Shown one piece after another: positions 35,168-45,063 of a stretch of DNA of 64,000 bases. A program made the position numbers and the translations under genes. The DNA comes from Patescibacteria group bacterium (GTDB lineage Bacteria > Patescibacteriota > Patescibacteriia > Patescibacteriales > JBAZCA01): NCBI GenBank assembly GCA_041661505.1, contig JBAZUF010000001.1:47144-111143 (forward strand). The letters run 5' to 3'. Position 1 is the stretch's first letter. Each line of letters starts with the position of its first letter. The notes under the pieces are model-generated. The model ran no database searches and had not been told where the DNA came from. It saw nothing but the letters and a program-made list of their open reading frames with translations.

Positions 35168-36883
35168 ATGCCGATTATGAATAAACTGGTAAATATTAAA
35201 ATAAACGGGAAAAAGATCAAATGTTCGCCGGATATTACTATCTGGCAGGTGGCGCGCGACAACGGAATAGAAATTCCCGGCCTTTGCGGCCACCCGGATT
35301 TCCCGCCTAAAGCCAATTGCCGGGTTTGCGTGGTTGAGATAAAAGGCCGGCAAAAACTGGCTACTTCCTGTTCAATAAAACCCGAAGAAGGCATGTCGAT
35401 AACGACTGACAGCCCGCGGGTTAAAAAGGCGCGCAATTTTAATCTTGAGCTTATCTTTGCCGAGCATATAGAAAAATGCCCGACTTGCATCCGGAATACT
35501 AACTGCCGCCTTCTAAACTACGCTGAAAAATATAAAATTGAAATTGCCCGCTTTTCCGACCGGAAAGGGAAGAGAAAAACCTATAAATTCGCCAACGCGG
35601 TGGAAATTGACGGCTCCCAGTGCGTTGACTGCCGGAACTGCGTTGACGCCTGCTCCCTCTTGCAAAAAATTAACTACTTGGAGATCCAGGGAAAAGGAAT
35701 TAACCAGGAAATCGTACCGGCCAAAAATACTTATATCGATTGCATATATTGCGGCCAATGTGCCCTGCACTGTCCGGTAGCTTCCGCCCAAGAACAAACC
35801 AGCTGGGAAGAAATCGATAAGCTTTTAGCTAACCGGGGAGATAAAATTTTAGTGGCCATGTTTGCCCCCTCCATAAGGGTAAGCATCGGGGAAGAATTCG
35901 GCTTGCCGCACGGCAAAGTAGTTACCGGCCAGTTAGTATCAGCCTTAAAAAATCTCGGATTTGATTACGTATTTGACGTAATCTTCGGAGCGGATATGAC
36001 GACAGTTGTTGAAGCCGCGGAACTTATAGAGCGGATAAACGGTAAAAAAAATCTGCCGATGATTACTTCCTGCTGTCCTGGCTGGGTGAAGTATGCCGAG
36101 TTTTATCATCCGGAAATATTGCCTAACTTAACAACCGCCCGTTCCCCGCATGTCCATTTAGCCGGAGCCATAAAAACTTTTTGGGCCCAAAACCAAAAAA
36201 TTGACCCGAAAAAAATCGTTACCGTATCGATAATGCCCTGTACGGCCAAAAAATTCGAGTCGCGCCGGGTGGAGTTAAAAATTAACGGGCTGGCTCCGGT
36301 TGATTACGTCCTTACCACCCGCGAATTCGCCTGGCTTTTAAAAAGGAAGAAAATTGAACTGGGAAAATTAAAACCGTCCGAAGTTTCAACTCCGGCATCT
36401 GGAGGCGATTCAGCCGGCTCCATATACGGAGCTTCCGGAGGAGTTATGGAATCAGCCTTGCGAACGGCCGCATCGCTTATCTGCAAAGGAAATAAAATCT
36501 GCGATAATAGATTAGACTTTAAAGAAGCCCGGGGCATGGCCGGAATAAAGGAAGCCAAAGTGAAAATCGGTAATAAGAACCTGCGCATCGCGGTGGTAAA
36601 CGGCATCGGAAATATTGACCCGATCATAAAAAGACTAAATAATTATGACTATATAGAGGTTATGGCCTGTCCGGGAGGGTGTATTGGCGGCGGCGGCCAG
36701 CCTATCCCAACCACGCCGGAAATAAGGAAAAAGCGCGCTGACGCGCTATATGGCATCGATAAAAATGCCCCCCTGCGAAAAGCCCATGAAAATAAAGGGG
36801 TTTTAGAAATTTTAAAATGGCTAAAAACCCAGGGAAAATTAAATTCCCAGGTTTTATATACCAAGTATATTAAACGTTCATAA
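35168..36883 (+). CDS. hydA: [FeFe]-hydrogenase catalytic subunit
   Basis: H-cluster motifs TSCCPGW (L1), MPCTAKKFE (L2), EVMACPGGCIGGGGQP (L3); N-terminal 2Fe-2S and 4Fe-4S ferredoxin domains. Confidence 0.9.
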   Translation: MPIMNKLVNIKINGKKIKCSPDITIWQVARDNGIEIPGLCGHPDFPPKANCRVCVVEIKGRQKLATSCSIKPEEGMSITTDSPRVKKARNFNLELIFAEHIEKCPTCIRNTNCRLLNYAEKYKIEIARFSDRKGKRKTYKFANAVEIDGSQCVDCRNCVDACSLLQKINYLEIQGKGINQEIVPAKNTYIDCIYCGQCALHCPVASAQEQTSWEEIDKLLANRGDKILVAMFAPSIRVSIGEEFGLPHGKVVTGQLVSALKNLGFDYVFDVIFGADMTTVVEAAELIERINGKKNLPMITSCCPGWVKYAEFYHPEILPNLTTARSPHVHLAGAIKTFWAQNQKIDPKKIVTVSIMPCTAKKFESRRVELKINGLAPVDYVLTTREFAWLLKRKKIELGKLKPSEVSTPASGGDSAGSIYGASGGVMESALRTAASLICKGNKICDNRLDFKEARGMAGIKEAKVKIGNKNLRIAVVNGIGNIDPIIKRLNNYDYIEVMACPGGCIGGGGQPIPTTPEIRKKRADALYGIDKNAPLRKAHENKGVLEILKWLKTQGKLNSQVLYTKYIKRS

Positions 36884-36887
36884 GCAT

Positions 36888-37157
36888 ATGATTAACGAAT
36901 ATTTGGGAACATTAAACATTTTGGTGTCAGAGAGGGAAGTGAACGCGCCGGAAATAAATAATGTTATTACTAAGTTCGGCCATCTGGTACGCGCCCGTCT
37001 CGGCATCCATCTTTCGCCTAAGTGCGTGAAAGGCTGTTCGGGATTAATTACCCTTGTCGTCCAGGGTGAAAAAAAGGAACTCGAAAAATTCGCAAAAGAA
37101 GCGGCTAAACATAAATACGCGGTCGCGAAACTTTGTTATATATCAAAGGTTAAATAG
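36888..37157 (+). CDS. small ACT-like protein, TM1266-type putative iron-only hydrogenase system regulator
   Basis: 89 aa immediately downstream of hydA; resembles the TM1266 family as recalled from memory. Confidence 0.45.
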   Translation: MINEYLGTLNILVSEREVNAPEINNVITKFGHLVRARLGIHLSPKCVKGCSGLITLVVQGEKKELEKFAKEAAKHKYAVAKLCYISKVK

Positions 37158-37170
37158 TAAATTTTATTTT

Positions 37171-37707
37171 ATGGACTATTTAAAAGAAAAAACTTTAGAA
37201 TTAGTAAATGTTCACGCGGCGATACAGTTTTTAGTCTTGGGAAGCATTGCCACTTTCTTGCCGTTTTTTATCCATGTCCAATTTTTAACCGGACCGATCG
37301 TTAACGCCATATTGATAATTGCCCTTTTTCTCTGTGGCATCCGGAGCGCTATCACGCTGGCATTAATCCCGAGCCTCATGGCCTTGGCGGGCGGACTATT
37401 GCCGGCAGTCTTAGCTCCGGTCGTGCCATTCATAATGATTAGTAATTGCATTCTTATTTTCACCATAGAATTCTTGTACAAAAAATTTGAACAGGCTAAA
37501 TCAGGATTCTGGATTGGCCTCGCGGCCGGCGCCGCGCTAAAATGGGTTTTTCTAATCCTGTCCACTGGATTTATTTCCAAGCTTTTACTTAAGCAGGAGC
37601 TGGCTGTTAAGGTTGTCCAGATGATGAGCTGGCCGCAACTCGCGACAGCCATAGCCGGAGGAGTAATCGCTTTCGGCATACTAAAACCTTTAAAATCCAT
37701 AAAGTAA
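37171..37707 (+). CDS. integral membrane protein (possible ECF-transporter S component); ATG at 37171 preferred over upstream ATG at 37054
   Basis: 178 aa, 5-6 TM helices; the longer 37054 start would overlap the preceding gene. Confidence 0.45.
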   Translation: MDYLKEKTLELVNVHAAIQFLVLGSIATFLPFFIHVQFLTGPIVNAILIIALFLCGIRSAITLALIPSLMALAGGLLPAVLAPVVPFIMISNCILIFTIEFLYKKFEQAKSGFWIGLAAGAALKWVFLILSTGFISKLLLKQELAVKVVQMMSWPQLATAIAGGVIAFGILKPLKSIK

Positions 37708-37867
37708 TCAAATAGAACGCGGCTCACGCTGAAAAACTACCTATCAGGAAAAACATACAATCCTTAATGTTTAGGCCGGCTTTGCTATAAGACATTATAC
37801 TGCGCCTAAATCCGCTTAGATTCGGCGCTTTTTTGACTTCGCATAATTAATCTTGTATAATTAATGC

Positions 37868-39310
37868 ATGAAAATTCCTAAATACATCAGGGAAATTTTA
37901 GATGTTTTGGAAAAAGCAGGCTTTGAAGGCTATATTGTCGGCGGATGCGTGCGAGATTTGATAATGGAAAAAGCGCCAAAAGATTTTGACGTTACCACCA
38001 ACGCCCGGCCCGAGCAAATCCAAAAAATTTTTTCCGGCGGAAAATATGAAAATTCATTCGGAACGGTTTTATTGCCGATTAGAGACGGGGAAGAGGTAAT
38101 TGACGTAGTCGAAATTACGACTTACAGAAGCGAACAAGGCTATTCGGACCGGCGCCATCCGGACCAAGTGGTTTTCGAAGAAAAATTGGACAAAGATCTG
38201 GAGCGCCGGGATTTTACGATTAATGCCATGGCTATGTCCCTCAAAGGCAAAAAAACGGAAATTATCGACCTCTTCGGCGGAAAAAAAGATATCGAAAAAA
38301 AGATTATCCGGGCCGTAGGGGAGCCGGCAGACCGTTTTAAGGAGGATGCTTTGCGAATGATGCGGGCGATCCGGTTTTCTTCGGAGTTAGGATTCGAGAT
38401 TGAGCCTAAAACCGAAAGGGCGATAGTCAGACTGGCAGGCGGGGTAAAATTTATTTCTAAAGAAAGAATCCGCGATGAGCTGATTAAAATCTTAGCGTCT
38501 GACGAGCCTTACGAAGGAATAATAAAACTCCATGAAATGAAATTATTGCAATATATAATTCCCGAGCTGGAAAGGGGAGTCGGGGTCAAGCAGGACCGGC
38601 ACCACATTTATACGGTATTCAAGCATTCGGTATTAGCCCTGAAATTTTGCCCGGGAAAAGACTGGCGGGTACGGCTGGCCGCGCTCCTGCACGACATAGC
38701 CAAGCCGCAAACCAAAGACATGAGCAAAGGCTATTCCACTTTCTATAACCACGATATTCTAGGCGCGAAAATCGCCAAAAAAATAATGGAGCGGCTTAAA
38801 TTTTCCAATGCCGAAATGGAAAAAGTTACCCTCTTGGTTCGCAACCACATGTTTTATTATAATGTCGGGGAAGTAACCGAAGCCTCGGTCCGGCGCCTCG
38901 TAAAAAAAGTCGGAGCGGATAACCTAAAAGATCTAATCGATTTGCGCATCGCTGACCGCCTAGGTTCAGGCGTTCCCAAAGCCAAACCCTATAAACTGCG
39001 GCACCTTGAATACATGATGGAAAAAGTGAAAAAAGATCCGATTTCCGCGAAGATGCTAAAAATCGGCGGCAATGATATAATGGAGTTATTGGCAATTGAG
39101 CCCGGACCGAAAATCGGGGCGATTTTGGAAGTCCTTTTGGCTGAAGTGATAGAAGATCCTAAACAGAATAAAAAAGACATCCTGCTAATAAGGGCGGCCG
39201 AATTAAACAAGCTGGATTTAGGCCAATTAAGGGACCGGGCTAAAGAAAAAATTGAAGAAAAAAAAGAGGAGGAAGATAAAGAACTAAAAAGCGAATTTTG
39301 GGTAAAATAA
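37868..39310 (+). CDS. cca: CCA-adding enzyme/poly(A) polymerase-family tRNA nucleotidyltransferase with HD domain
   Basis: GGCVRDLIM...DFDVTT NTase head, RDFTINAMA, HD domain LHDIAKP. Confidence 0.85.
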   Translation: MKIPKYIREILDVLEKAGFEGYIVGGCVRDLIMEKAPKDFDVTTNARPEQIQKIFSGGKYENSFGTVLLPIRDGEEVIDVVEITTYRSEQGYSDRRHPDQVVFEEKLDKDLERRDFTINAMAMSLKGKKTEIIDLFGGKKDIEKKIIRAVGEPADRFKEDALRMMRAIRFSSELGFEIEPKTERAIVRLAGGVKFISKERIRDELIKILASDEPYEGIIKLHEMKLLQYIIPELERGVGVKQDRHHIYTVFKHSVLALKFCPGKDWRVRLAALLHDIAKPQTKDMSKGYSTFYNHDILGAKIAKKIMERLKFSNAEMEKVTLLVRNHMFYYNVGEVTEASVRRLVKKVGADNLKDLIDLRIADRLGSGVPKAKPYKLRHLEYMMEKVKKDPISAKMLKIGGNDIMELLAIEPGPKIGAILEVLLAEVIEDPKQNKKDILLIRAAELNKLDLGQLRDRAKEKIEEKKEEEDKELKSEFWVK

Positions 39311-39319
39311 CAAATATTT

Positions 39320-40078
39320 ATGAAAAAATTCTTAATCCCAATAGTCATTTCCGCCCTTGCCTTAACCGGCTGCCGTGGCGAAAAAAATTCGTTAATTGAC
39401 GAAAAAAACGCAGAAGAAGGCATTAACAGTTTCGACAGCTCGGACGTAAATGGTAAGATTAAAGCCATCCGCAACGGATTAACGCCAAAAGTGGCGCCTA
39501 CCGGCAAGAGCCCTGATGGACAGGGCCTGGCAGGAGAAAACGCGCCAGCGGACGAACAAGCCAATACGGGCGGGAAAATCCAGTTAGAAAATTTAACTTC
39601 CGTTTACAGCCAAGCGGATATAAAAACCAACTTCGGCGATATCACGGTAAAATTTTATAGCCAGGAATCGCCGGTTACGGTGAATGTATTTCTGAATTTA
39701 GCCAAAAAGAACTTTTACGACGGCACAAAATTCCACCGGGTGATTAAGGATTTTATGATTCAGGGGGGCGATCCGTTATCCAAGGATGATGATCCAACAA
39801 ACGATGGCCAGGGCGGTCCCGGTTTCCAGTTTCAGGATGAGATCAATCCCCATAAGCTCGTCCAAGGCAGCCTGGCTATGGCCAATTCCGGCCCCAATAC
39901 CAATGGTTCGCAATTTTTTATCGTAACCGCGTCTTCCACCCCCTGGCTTGACGGCAAGCATACGAACTTCGGTTATGTCGTTGACGGCCTTGACACGGTT
40001 TTAAAAATAGGGGATTTAGAGACTAGAAGCGACCGGCCGCTGGAAGATGTTATAATCGAAAAAATCGAACTAAAATAA
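39320..40078 (+). CDS. cyclophilin-type peptidyl-prolyl isomerase lipoprotein
   Basis: lipobox LALTGC; FHRVIKDFMIQGGDP, GSQFFI cyclophilin motifs. Confidence 0.85.
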   Translation: MKKFLIPIVISALALTGCRGEKNSLIDEKNAEEGINSFDSSDVNGKIKAIRNGLTPKVAPTGKSPDGQGLAGENAPADEQANTGGKIQLENLTSVYSQADIKTNFGDITVKFYSQESPVTVNVFLNLAKKNFYDGTKFHRVIKDFMIQGGDPLSKDDDPTNDGQGGPGFQFQDEINPHKLVQGSLAMANSGPNTNGSQFFIVTASSTPWLDGKHTNFGYVVDGLDTVLKIGDLETRSDRPLEDVIIEKIELK

Positions 40079-40104
40079 TAATTCGCCTGTCCCGGCCGGC
40101 CATT

Positions 40105-40869
40105 TTGCGCCAGAAGGGCAAAAAGATTATGAAATCATCTTTGAAAATTGCCTTAAAGTATTACTTAAAAATTGTCGCCCGGCTGGCATTAATCATCCAT
40201 CGCCCGACGATAATCGCCATTGCCGGCAGTACCAATAAAACAATTATTAAAAGCCAAATTACTTCGGAGTTAAGCAAAGAAAGGGAAGTCCGCTCCAACG
40301 CACGGGGATTTAATACTGAAATCGGCTTGCCGGTAGCCATCCTTTCCCTGCCTTCGGGGTACGGATCTTACAAGGCTTGGTTCTCCGTAATTTTGAGGGC
40401 TCCCCTGGCGATTTTTGACGCCCGCTTTCCCAAAGTGCTGGTTTTAGAGCTCGGCGTCTCAAAGCCTGGAGACATGAAGTATCTTTTATCGATTATCCGG
40501 CCGCATATCGCCATTATTTCCGATATCACCCAAAGATATATCGGAAGCTTTTCTAATATGGGCCAGCTGGTCAAGGAATATGAATATCTTTTGAATCACC
40601 TTCGGAAAAACGCCGTTGCCGTCTTAAATTCCGATAATATGAAAATTTTTGAGATTTCTAAAGCGGTAAATTGCAAAAAGATATTTTTCGGCTTTGGAGA
40701 CGATGCCGATTTCAAGGTAACAGAGTGCGTGGCTAAACTGGAAAAACAGAGTATAAGAGTAAGTGTTGGCGGAGAAATAAAAGGCTACGAGATCAGCCGG
40801 CCGGGCAGGCATCAGGTTTATGCCGCACTGGCGGCGAAAATTTCAGAGGAAGCAATTAAAGCTTTTTAG
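40105..40869 (+). CDS. Mur-ligase-family protein, truncated with degenerate P-loop (MurF/FolC-like)
   Basis: IAIAGSTNKT replaces the GxxGKT/S motif; 254 aa, lacks the C-terminal domain. Confidence 0.5.
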   Translation: MRQKGKKIMKSSLKIALKYYLKIVARLALIIHRPTIIAIAGSTNKTIIKSQITSELSKEREVRSNARGFNTEIGLPVAILSLPSGYGSYKAWFSVILRAPLAIFDARFPKVLVLELGVSKPGDMKYLLSIIRPHIAIISDITQRYIGSFSNMGQLVKEYEYLLNHLRKNAVAVLNSDNMKIFEISKAVNCKKIFFGFGDDADFKVTECVAKLEKQSIRVSVGGEIKGYEISRPGRHQVYAALAAKISEEAIKAF

Positions 40870-40943
40870 GGTCTGTCGGCGAATGCGCTTTTGAAACGAA
40901 AAACTATAATTTATTACTAATTTTAGCTAATGTTAGCCAATTT

Positions 40944-41792
40944 ATGGCCTCAAGCTGGTCGAAATCAAGGGTAAAAAAGCCATATTATCGAAAAGCGTCC
41001 GGAAATCCTTTTTTCAACCGTCCGAAAAAAAGAAACAGCCTTTCGGCAAAAGCAAAAATAATTTCTTTTTTAGTATTATTTTTGATGGCGGGATTAATAT
41101 GGATTTTATTTTTTTCCAAATTATTTTTAATAAACAGCCTTGAAATCCAAGGCCAGCCCGAGGAAATAAAAAAGGCAATTGAGGAAAAAGCCTGGCAGGA
41201 GACAAAAAAACGGCGCTTTCTATTTTTTACCGAAGCTAATCTTTTTATCTTTGACAAAAACCGCCTGGCCGACAGCTTAAAAACCGATTATGCTTTTGAT
41301 CAGCTAATGATAAATAAGAGTTTATTCCATAAGATAAAAATCGAATTCCATCAAAAAGATTTTTCTCTTGTCTGGAAGGAGGGAGACAAGTATTATTTTA
41401 TTGATGATAAAGGGGTAATTTTAAAAGAAGCCGATCCGCTAAACATAAAAACCGATAATTTTCCGATAATTGAGAACCAGGGAGAGCCGCTGGCTGAAAA
41501 TAAGAAAATCGGCGACGAATTAAGCCGGCTGGATTATACCCGGAACCTTTTCGCGGCAATAAAAAGCAATAAAGACCAGGAAATAAAAATCGAAAAGTTC
41601 GTAATCGACAAAGATGCCCAGACAGTAAAACTCTTAGTCAATTCCGGCCCTCAAATATTATTTAGCATTGAAGCCGGCATGGACGGCCAGCTTACCCGGT
41701 TATTCTCTTTAATTAAGGAAAAGCTAAAGGACGAATATCTGAAAAAGAAGTACATTGATTTAAGATTTGGCGAGTTAATCTATTATCAATAG
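40944..41792 (+). CDS. ftsQ: cell division protein FtsQ/DivIB-like
   Basis: basic N-terminus, single TM, POTRA-like region (LINSLEIQGQ...). Confidence 0.7.
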   Translation: MASSWSKSRVKKPYYRKASGNPFFNRPKKRNSLSAKAKIISFLVLFLMAGLIWILFFSKLFLINSLEIQGQPEEIKKAIEEKAWQETKKRRFLFFTEANLFIFDKNRLADSLKTDYAFDQLMINKSLFHKIKIEFHQKDFSLVWKEGDKYYFIDDKGVILKEADPLNIKTDNFPIIENQGEPLAENKKIGDELSRLDYTRNLFAAIKSNKDQEIKIEKFVIDKDAQTVKLLVNSGPQILFSIEAGMDGQLTRLFSLIKEKLKDEYLKKKYIDLRFGELIYYQ

Positions 41793-42149
41793 CATAATAT
41801 ACCAGTTAAAACTTTCCGCCGGCGGGCGGAATGATAAACAAGCGTCTGGCAGGGCCGAAAGGAGCGGCTATCTGGCGCGGACTAAATTATATGGAAAGGC
41901 TTTTTAAAACATTATTCTATTTGGCGTTAATAATTTTCTGCCTCTTAATCATCGGGGTATTCCTTTTGATAATAAAAATTTCTTTGCTATTTTTGGCTGA
42001 AATAAATTTCTTCGGCATCCATTTTACATTAGGCTAAGGGGAAGAGCTTTTCTGGAAGACCCCTGGAAAAGCCGCTTATCACTTCGTTTAACCTACATTA
42101 TGCGAAGTATTAACATCAATAAACACAGGGGTTATATCGCTTCTCTTTA

Positions 42150-43118
42150 TTGCTTATGCCGCCTAAACCAATAACAAAATATCTAGTTGATTACCTTGAA
42201 TTCCTTGAGATCGAAAAGGGCCTCTCTTCTAAAACCCAGGAGAATTATTCCCGCTTTTTATCAAGATTTTTTAATTGGCTCAAAGAGGGAGGGATCGGGG
42301 AACTACTCCCCTCTCAACTTACCTATGAACACGTCTGGAAGTACCGCGTATACATGTCCAAGTTCGCGGACAAAAAAACCGGAAAAGGATTAAAAAAATC
42401 CACCCAAAACTATTATCTAATCGCCCTGCGCGGAATGCTTGAATACTTTATTGAGAAAGATATCCCTTCCCTTCCGCCTTCAAAAATTAAGCTCGCTAAA
42501 AATAAAGGCGATAAAGAAATTAAATTTTTAAATCTAGACCAGGTGGAAACCTTGCTTTTAGCCCCGGCGATGGATTCCATACAGGGATTAAGAGACCGCG
42601 CCATTTTGGAAACCCTCTTTTCTACCGGCTTGCGGGTGGCCGAACTCGTTCGCTTAAACCGCGACCAGTTTAAAATGAAAAACCTGAAAGGAGACATTGA
42701 AATAACCGTAGTGGGAAAGGGCGGCAAGGTAAGAACGGTATATTTTTCCGACAGGGCGGTAGCCAGTCTTAAAAGATATTTGGAAGCCCGCAAGGATTTT
42801 GATCCGGCGCTTTTTATTAATTTCAAGCGCGGCGAGAGTAAAACAAACGCTTCCCGCCGATTAACGACAAGAAGCATTGAGGATATCGTAAAAAAATATA
42901 TATTGATTTCCGGTCTGCCGGTTATGGCTTCCCCCCATACCCTAAGGCATTCGTACGCTACTGATCTATTGACCCAGGGAGTCGATTTAAGGACAGTTCA
43001 GGAATTCTTGGGCCACAGGAACATCGCCACTACTCAAATTTACACTCACGTAACCAATAAGCGCTTAAGGGATATCCATAAAAATTTCCACGGCGGAAAA
43101 AAAATAAAAGACCGGTAG
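42150..43118 (+). CDS. Xer-type tyrosine recombinase
   Basis: R..GLRVAEL, HTLRHSYATDLL, LGHRNIATTQIYTHV. Confidence 0.85.
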   Translation: MLMPPKPITKYLVDYLEFLEIEKGLSSKTQENYSRFLSRFFNWLKEGGIGELLPSQLTYEHVWKYRVYMSKFADKKTGKGLKKSTQNYYLIALRGMLEYFIEKDIPSLPPSKIKLAKNKGDKEIKFLNLDQVETLLLAPAMDSIQGLRDRAILETLFSTGLRVAELVRLNRDQFKMKNLKGDIEITVVGKGGKVRTVYFSDRAVASLKRYLEARKDFDPALFINFKRGESKTNASRRLTTRSIEDIVKKYILISGLPVMASPHTLRHSYATDLLTQGVDLRTVQEFLGHRNIATTQIYTHVTNKRLRDIHKNFHGGKKIKDR

Positions 43119-43127
43119 ATAGCGCTC

Positions 43128-43646
43128 TTAGTTGGTATATGGACCGGCTAAAATGTAATACGAATTAGCGTTGCCGCCACCGTCCAGGCCGGTAAAAGTC
43201 GTGCATATTTTAGAGGCATTGCCGCTTATCCGCTCCATAACTTTGGAATAAATTACGGCAATGCGCGCGTATTCTCCCCCGGTGCAATTAACATCGCCGT
43301 CATAGTAATAAAAATGGACGGAATTGGCCGGCGTATCGGATGATCCCAGCGGGTCAATCGGGGTCTTTTGCAAATACGGCCTCAAAGAGGCGTCAATCGT
43401 ACCGCCGATCCCGATAATGCCGGTCTGGGCGGACGGAGGATATTGGCGGTTGTCGTTAAAATACATTTCCATAGCATTTTTCAGTTGCTTTAGGTCTGAC
43501 AGCCTGGTTGTATCGCGCGCTTTTTCTCGCGCGTTTTTTAAATTCACTACTCCTAACGTGGAAAGGAACCCGATAATGGAAATAACCACCAAAAGTTCAA
43601 TCAGGGTGAATCCCAGGCTATTAAATTTCATTTGGCTCATAAACAA
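43128..43646 (-). CDS. type IV pilin/pseudopilin (prepilin N-terminal methylation motif)
   Basis: GFTLIELLVVISIIG class III signal. Confidence 0.75.
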   Translation of the reverse strand: MFMSQMKFNSLGFTLIELLVVISIIGFLSTLGVVNLKNAREKARDTTRLSDLKQLKNAMEMYFNDNRQYPPSAQTGIIGIGGTIDASLRPYLQKTPIDPLGSSDTPANSVHFYYYDGDVNCTGGEYARIAVIYSKVMERISGNASKICTTFTGLDGGGNANSYYILAGPYTN

Positions 43647-43731
43647 GGTGGGCGAGCCCTGCGTTCTGCCCCGTATTTCGCGGAACGGAGCGGGCCAAGC
43701 GATTAATATATACTTAGAGATATAAATTTTA

Positions 43732-45057
43732 TTAAGGCAAATATTCTAAAGGATTAACCGGTATGCCGTTTAAGCGGACTTCAAAATGGAGATGCGGCCC
43801 GGTAGTAAGCGGTCCGGCGCCGGGCGTTCCCGGCATTCCGCCAGAAAGACCGATAACCTGGCCTTGCGTTACGTATTCGTCTTCCTCAACATAAATTTTT
43901 GAAACATGCCCGTAAACCGTTGCCAGACCGTCGCCATGGATAAGCATAATATAGCTATAAGCTTTACCGCCGTTTTTAGCCCGGGCAACATAGCCGGATG
44001 AAGCGGCTTTGATCGGAGTCCCCTGCCCAGCCCGGATATCAACTGCCGGATGCTCAAAAACAAACCTGAAAGGATAATCCGGATCGTGGAATGTGGCGGT
44101 GACTACGTTGCGCGCTACCGGCCAGATCATGCCCGAGTCGTTATATTCCAGTTTTTTCGGGTCAAGCCGGGTGAGCCTTTCTCTTACGGTTTTTTCCAAA
44201 TTGCTGATATCCGCCGCGGCGGCCGCCTGCTCTCTCTTGGCCTGGCTCAAAAGAGACTGGTACTGGGATTCCGACTGGCGGGTTTCTTCCAATAAATAAT
44301 TCTTGTTATCATACTCGACCGCCAAATTTTGTTTTTTCTCTTCCAGCCCGGCCTTAAATTTCGCCAGTTCTGCCGCCTTGGCGTCGAGCTCAATCTTTAT
44401 TTTATCCAGTTCAGCCTTTCTATCCTTGACTTCGCCCAAGGCTTCCTGAATTTCCGAATTTACGTCTTCCAAATATTTTAACTGGTTTAAAAATTCCGAA
44501 AAAGAATCATTAAGCAAAAGCGCTTCCAGAGAGCTTACGTCATCCTGCTTATAAACCAGCCTCAAAACTTTTCCGATATATTCTTTCCGGGTTTGGATTT
44601 CATCCTCTTTTTCTTTTATTTCCAGCTGGGTTTTTTGGATTTCCAGCTGGGTCCGGTCAATTTCAACCTCGGTCTCGGCAATATCCAGCTCGGCTTTTTT
44701 TGCCCGGTTATCGATAATTGATAACTGGCTCCCCAAGCTCGCCTGCTCGGACTGTTTTTCCCGAATCGCCTGGCTGTAGGCGGTTTGCTGGTCCTGGATC
44801 TCCTTCAATCTTTTTTTTCTTTCTTCAATTTGCGAATTCAGATTCCGCACTTCTTCATTGGCTTGCGGTGAGCTTCCGGTGTCCGCCGCCATTCCGATCG
44901 CTTTAATTAAGAAAAACGAAGAAACTGACAGGCAGACAAAAAGAAATAAAATAATAATTTTTAGCTTTTTAGGCATGGGCATATATTCTATTATACCAAA
45001 AAGCCGGACAATGGGCAAAGCCCGGGTTGTCCGGCTAATATACTGCCAGTTTTCCAA
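43732..45057 (-). CDS. M23-family peptidase with long coiled-coil (EnvC-like)
   Basis: coiled-coil N-terminal half; C-terminal HxxxD...HLHFEV LytM/M23 motifs. Confidence 0.8.
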   Translation of the reverse strand: MENWQYISRTTRALPIVRLFGIIEYMPMPKKLKIIILFLFVCLSVSSFFLIKAIGMAADTGSSPQANEEVRNLNSQIEERKKRLKEIQDQQTAYSQAIREKQSEQASLGSQLSIIDNRAKKAELDIAETEVEIDRTQLEIQKTQLEIKEKEDEIQTRKEYIGKVLRLVYKQDDVSSLEALLLNDSFSEFLNQLKYLEDVNSEIQEALGEVKDRKAELDKIKIELDAKAAELAKFKAGLEEKKQNLAVEYDNKNYLLEETRQSESQYQSLLSQAKREQAAAAADISNLEKTVRERLTRLDPKKLEYNDSGMIWPVARNVVTATFHDPDYPFRFVFEHPAVDIRAGQGTPIKAASSGYVARAKNGGKAYSYIMLIHGDGLATVYGHVSKIYVEEDEYVTQGQVIGLSGGMPGTPGAGPLTTGPHLHFEVRLNGIPVNPLEYLP

Positions 45058-45063
45058 AAACGG

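Noticed and set aside
41831-42037. 68-aa hydrophobic ORF between ftsQ and the Xer gene
   Set aside because: There is no convincing RBS, and the Phe/Leu/Ile-rich composition is typical of spurious ORFs in AT-rich spacers. It might be a real 48-aa membrane peptide starting at the internal Met, but it is unsupported.
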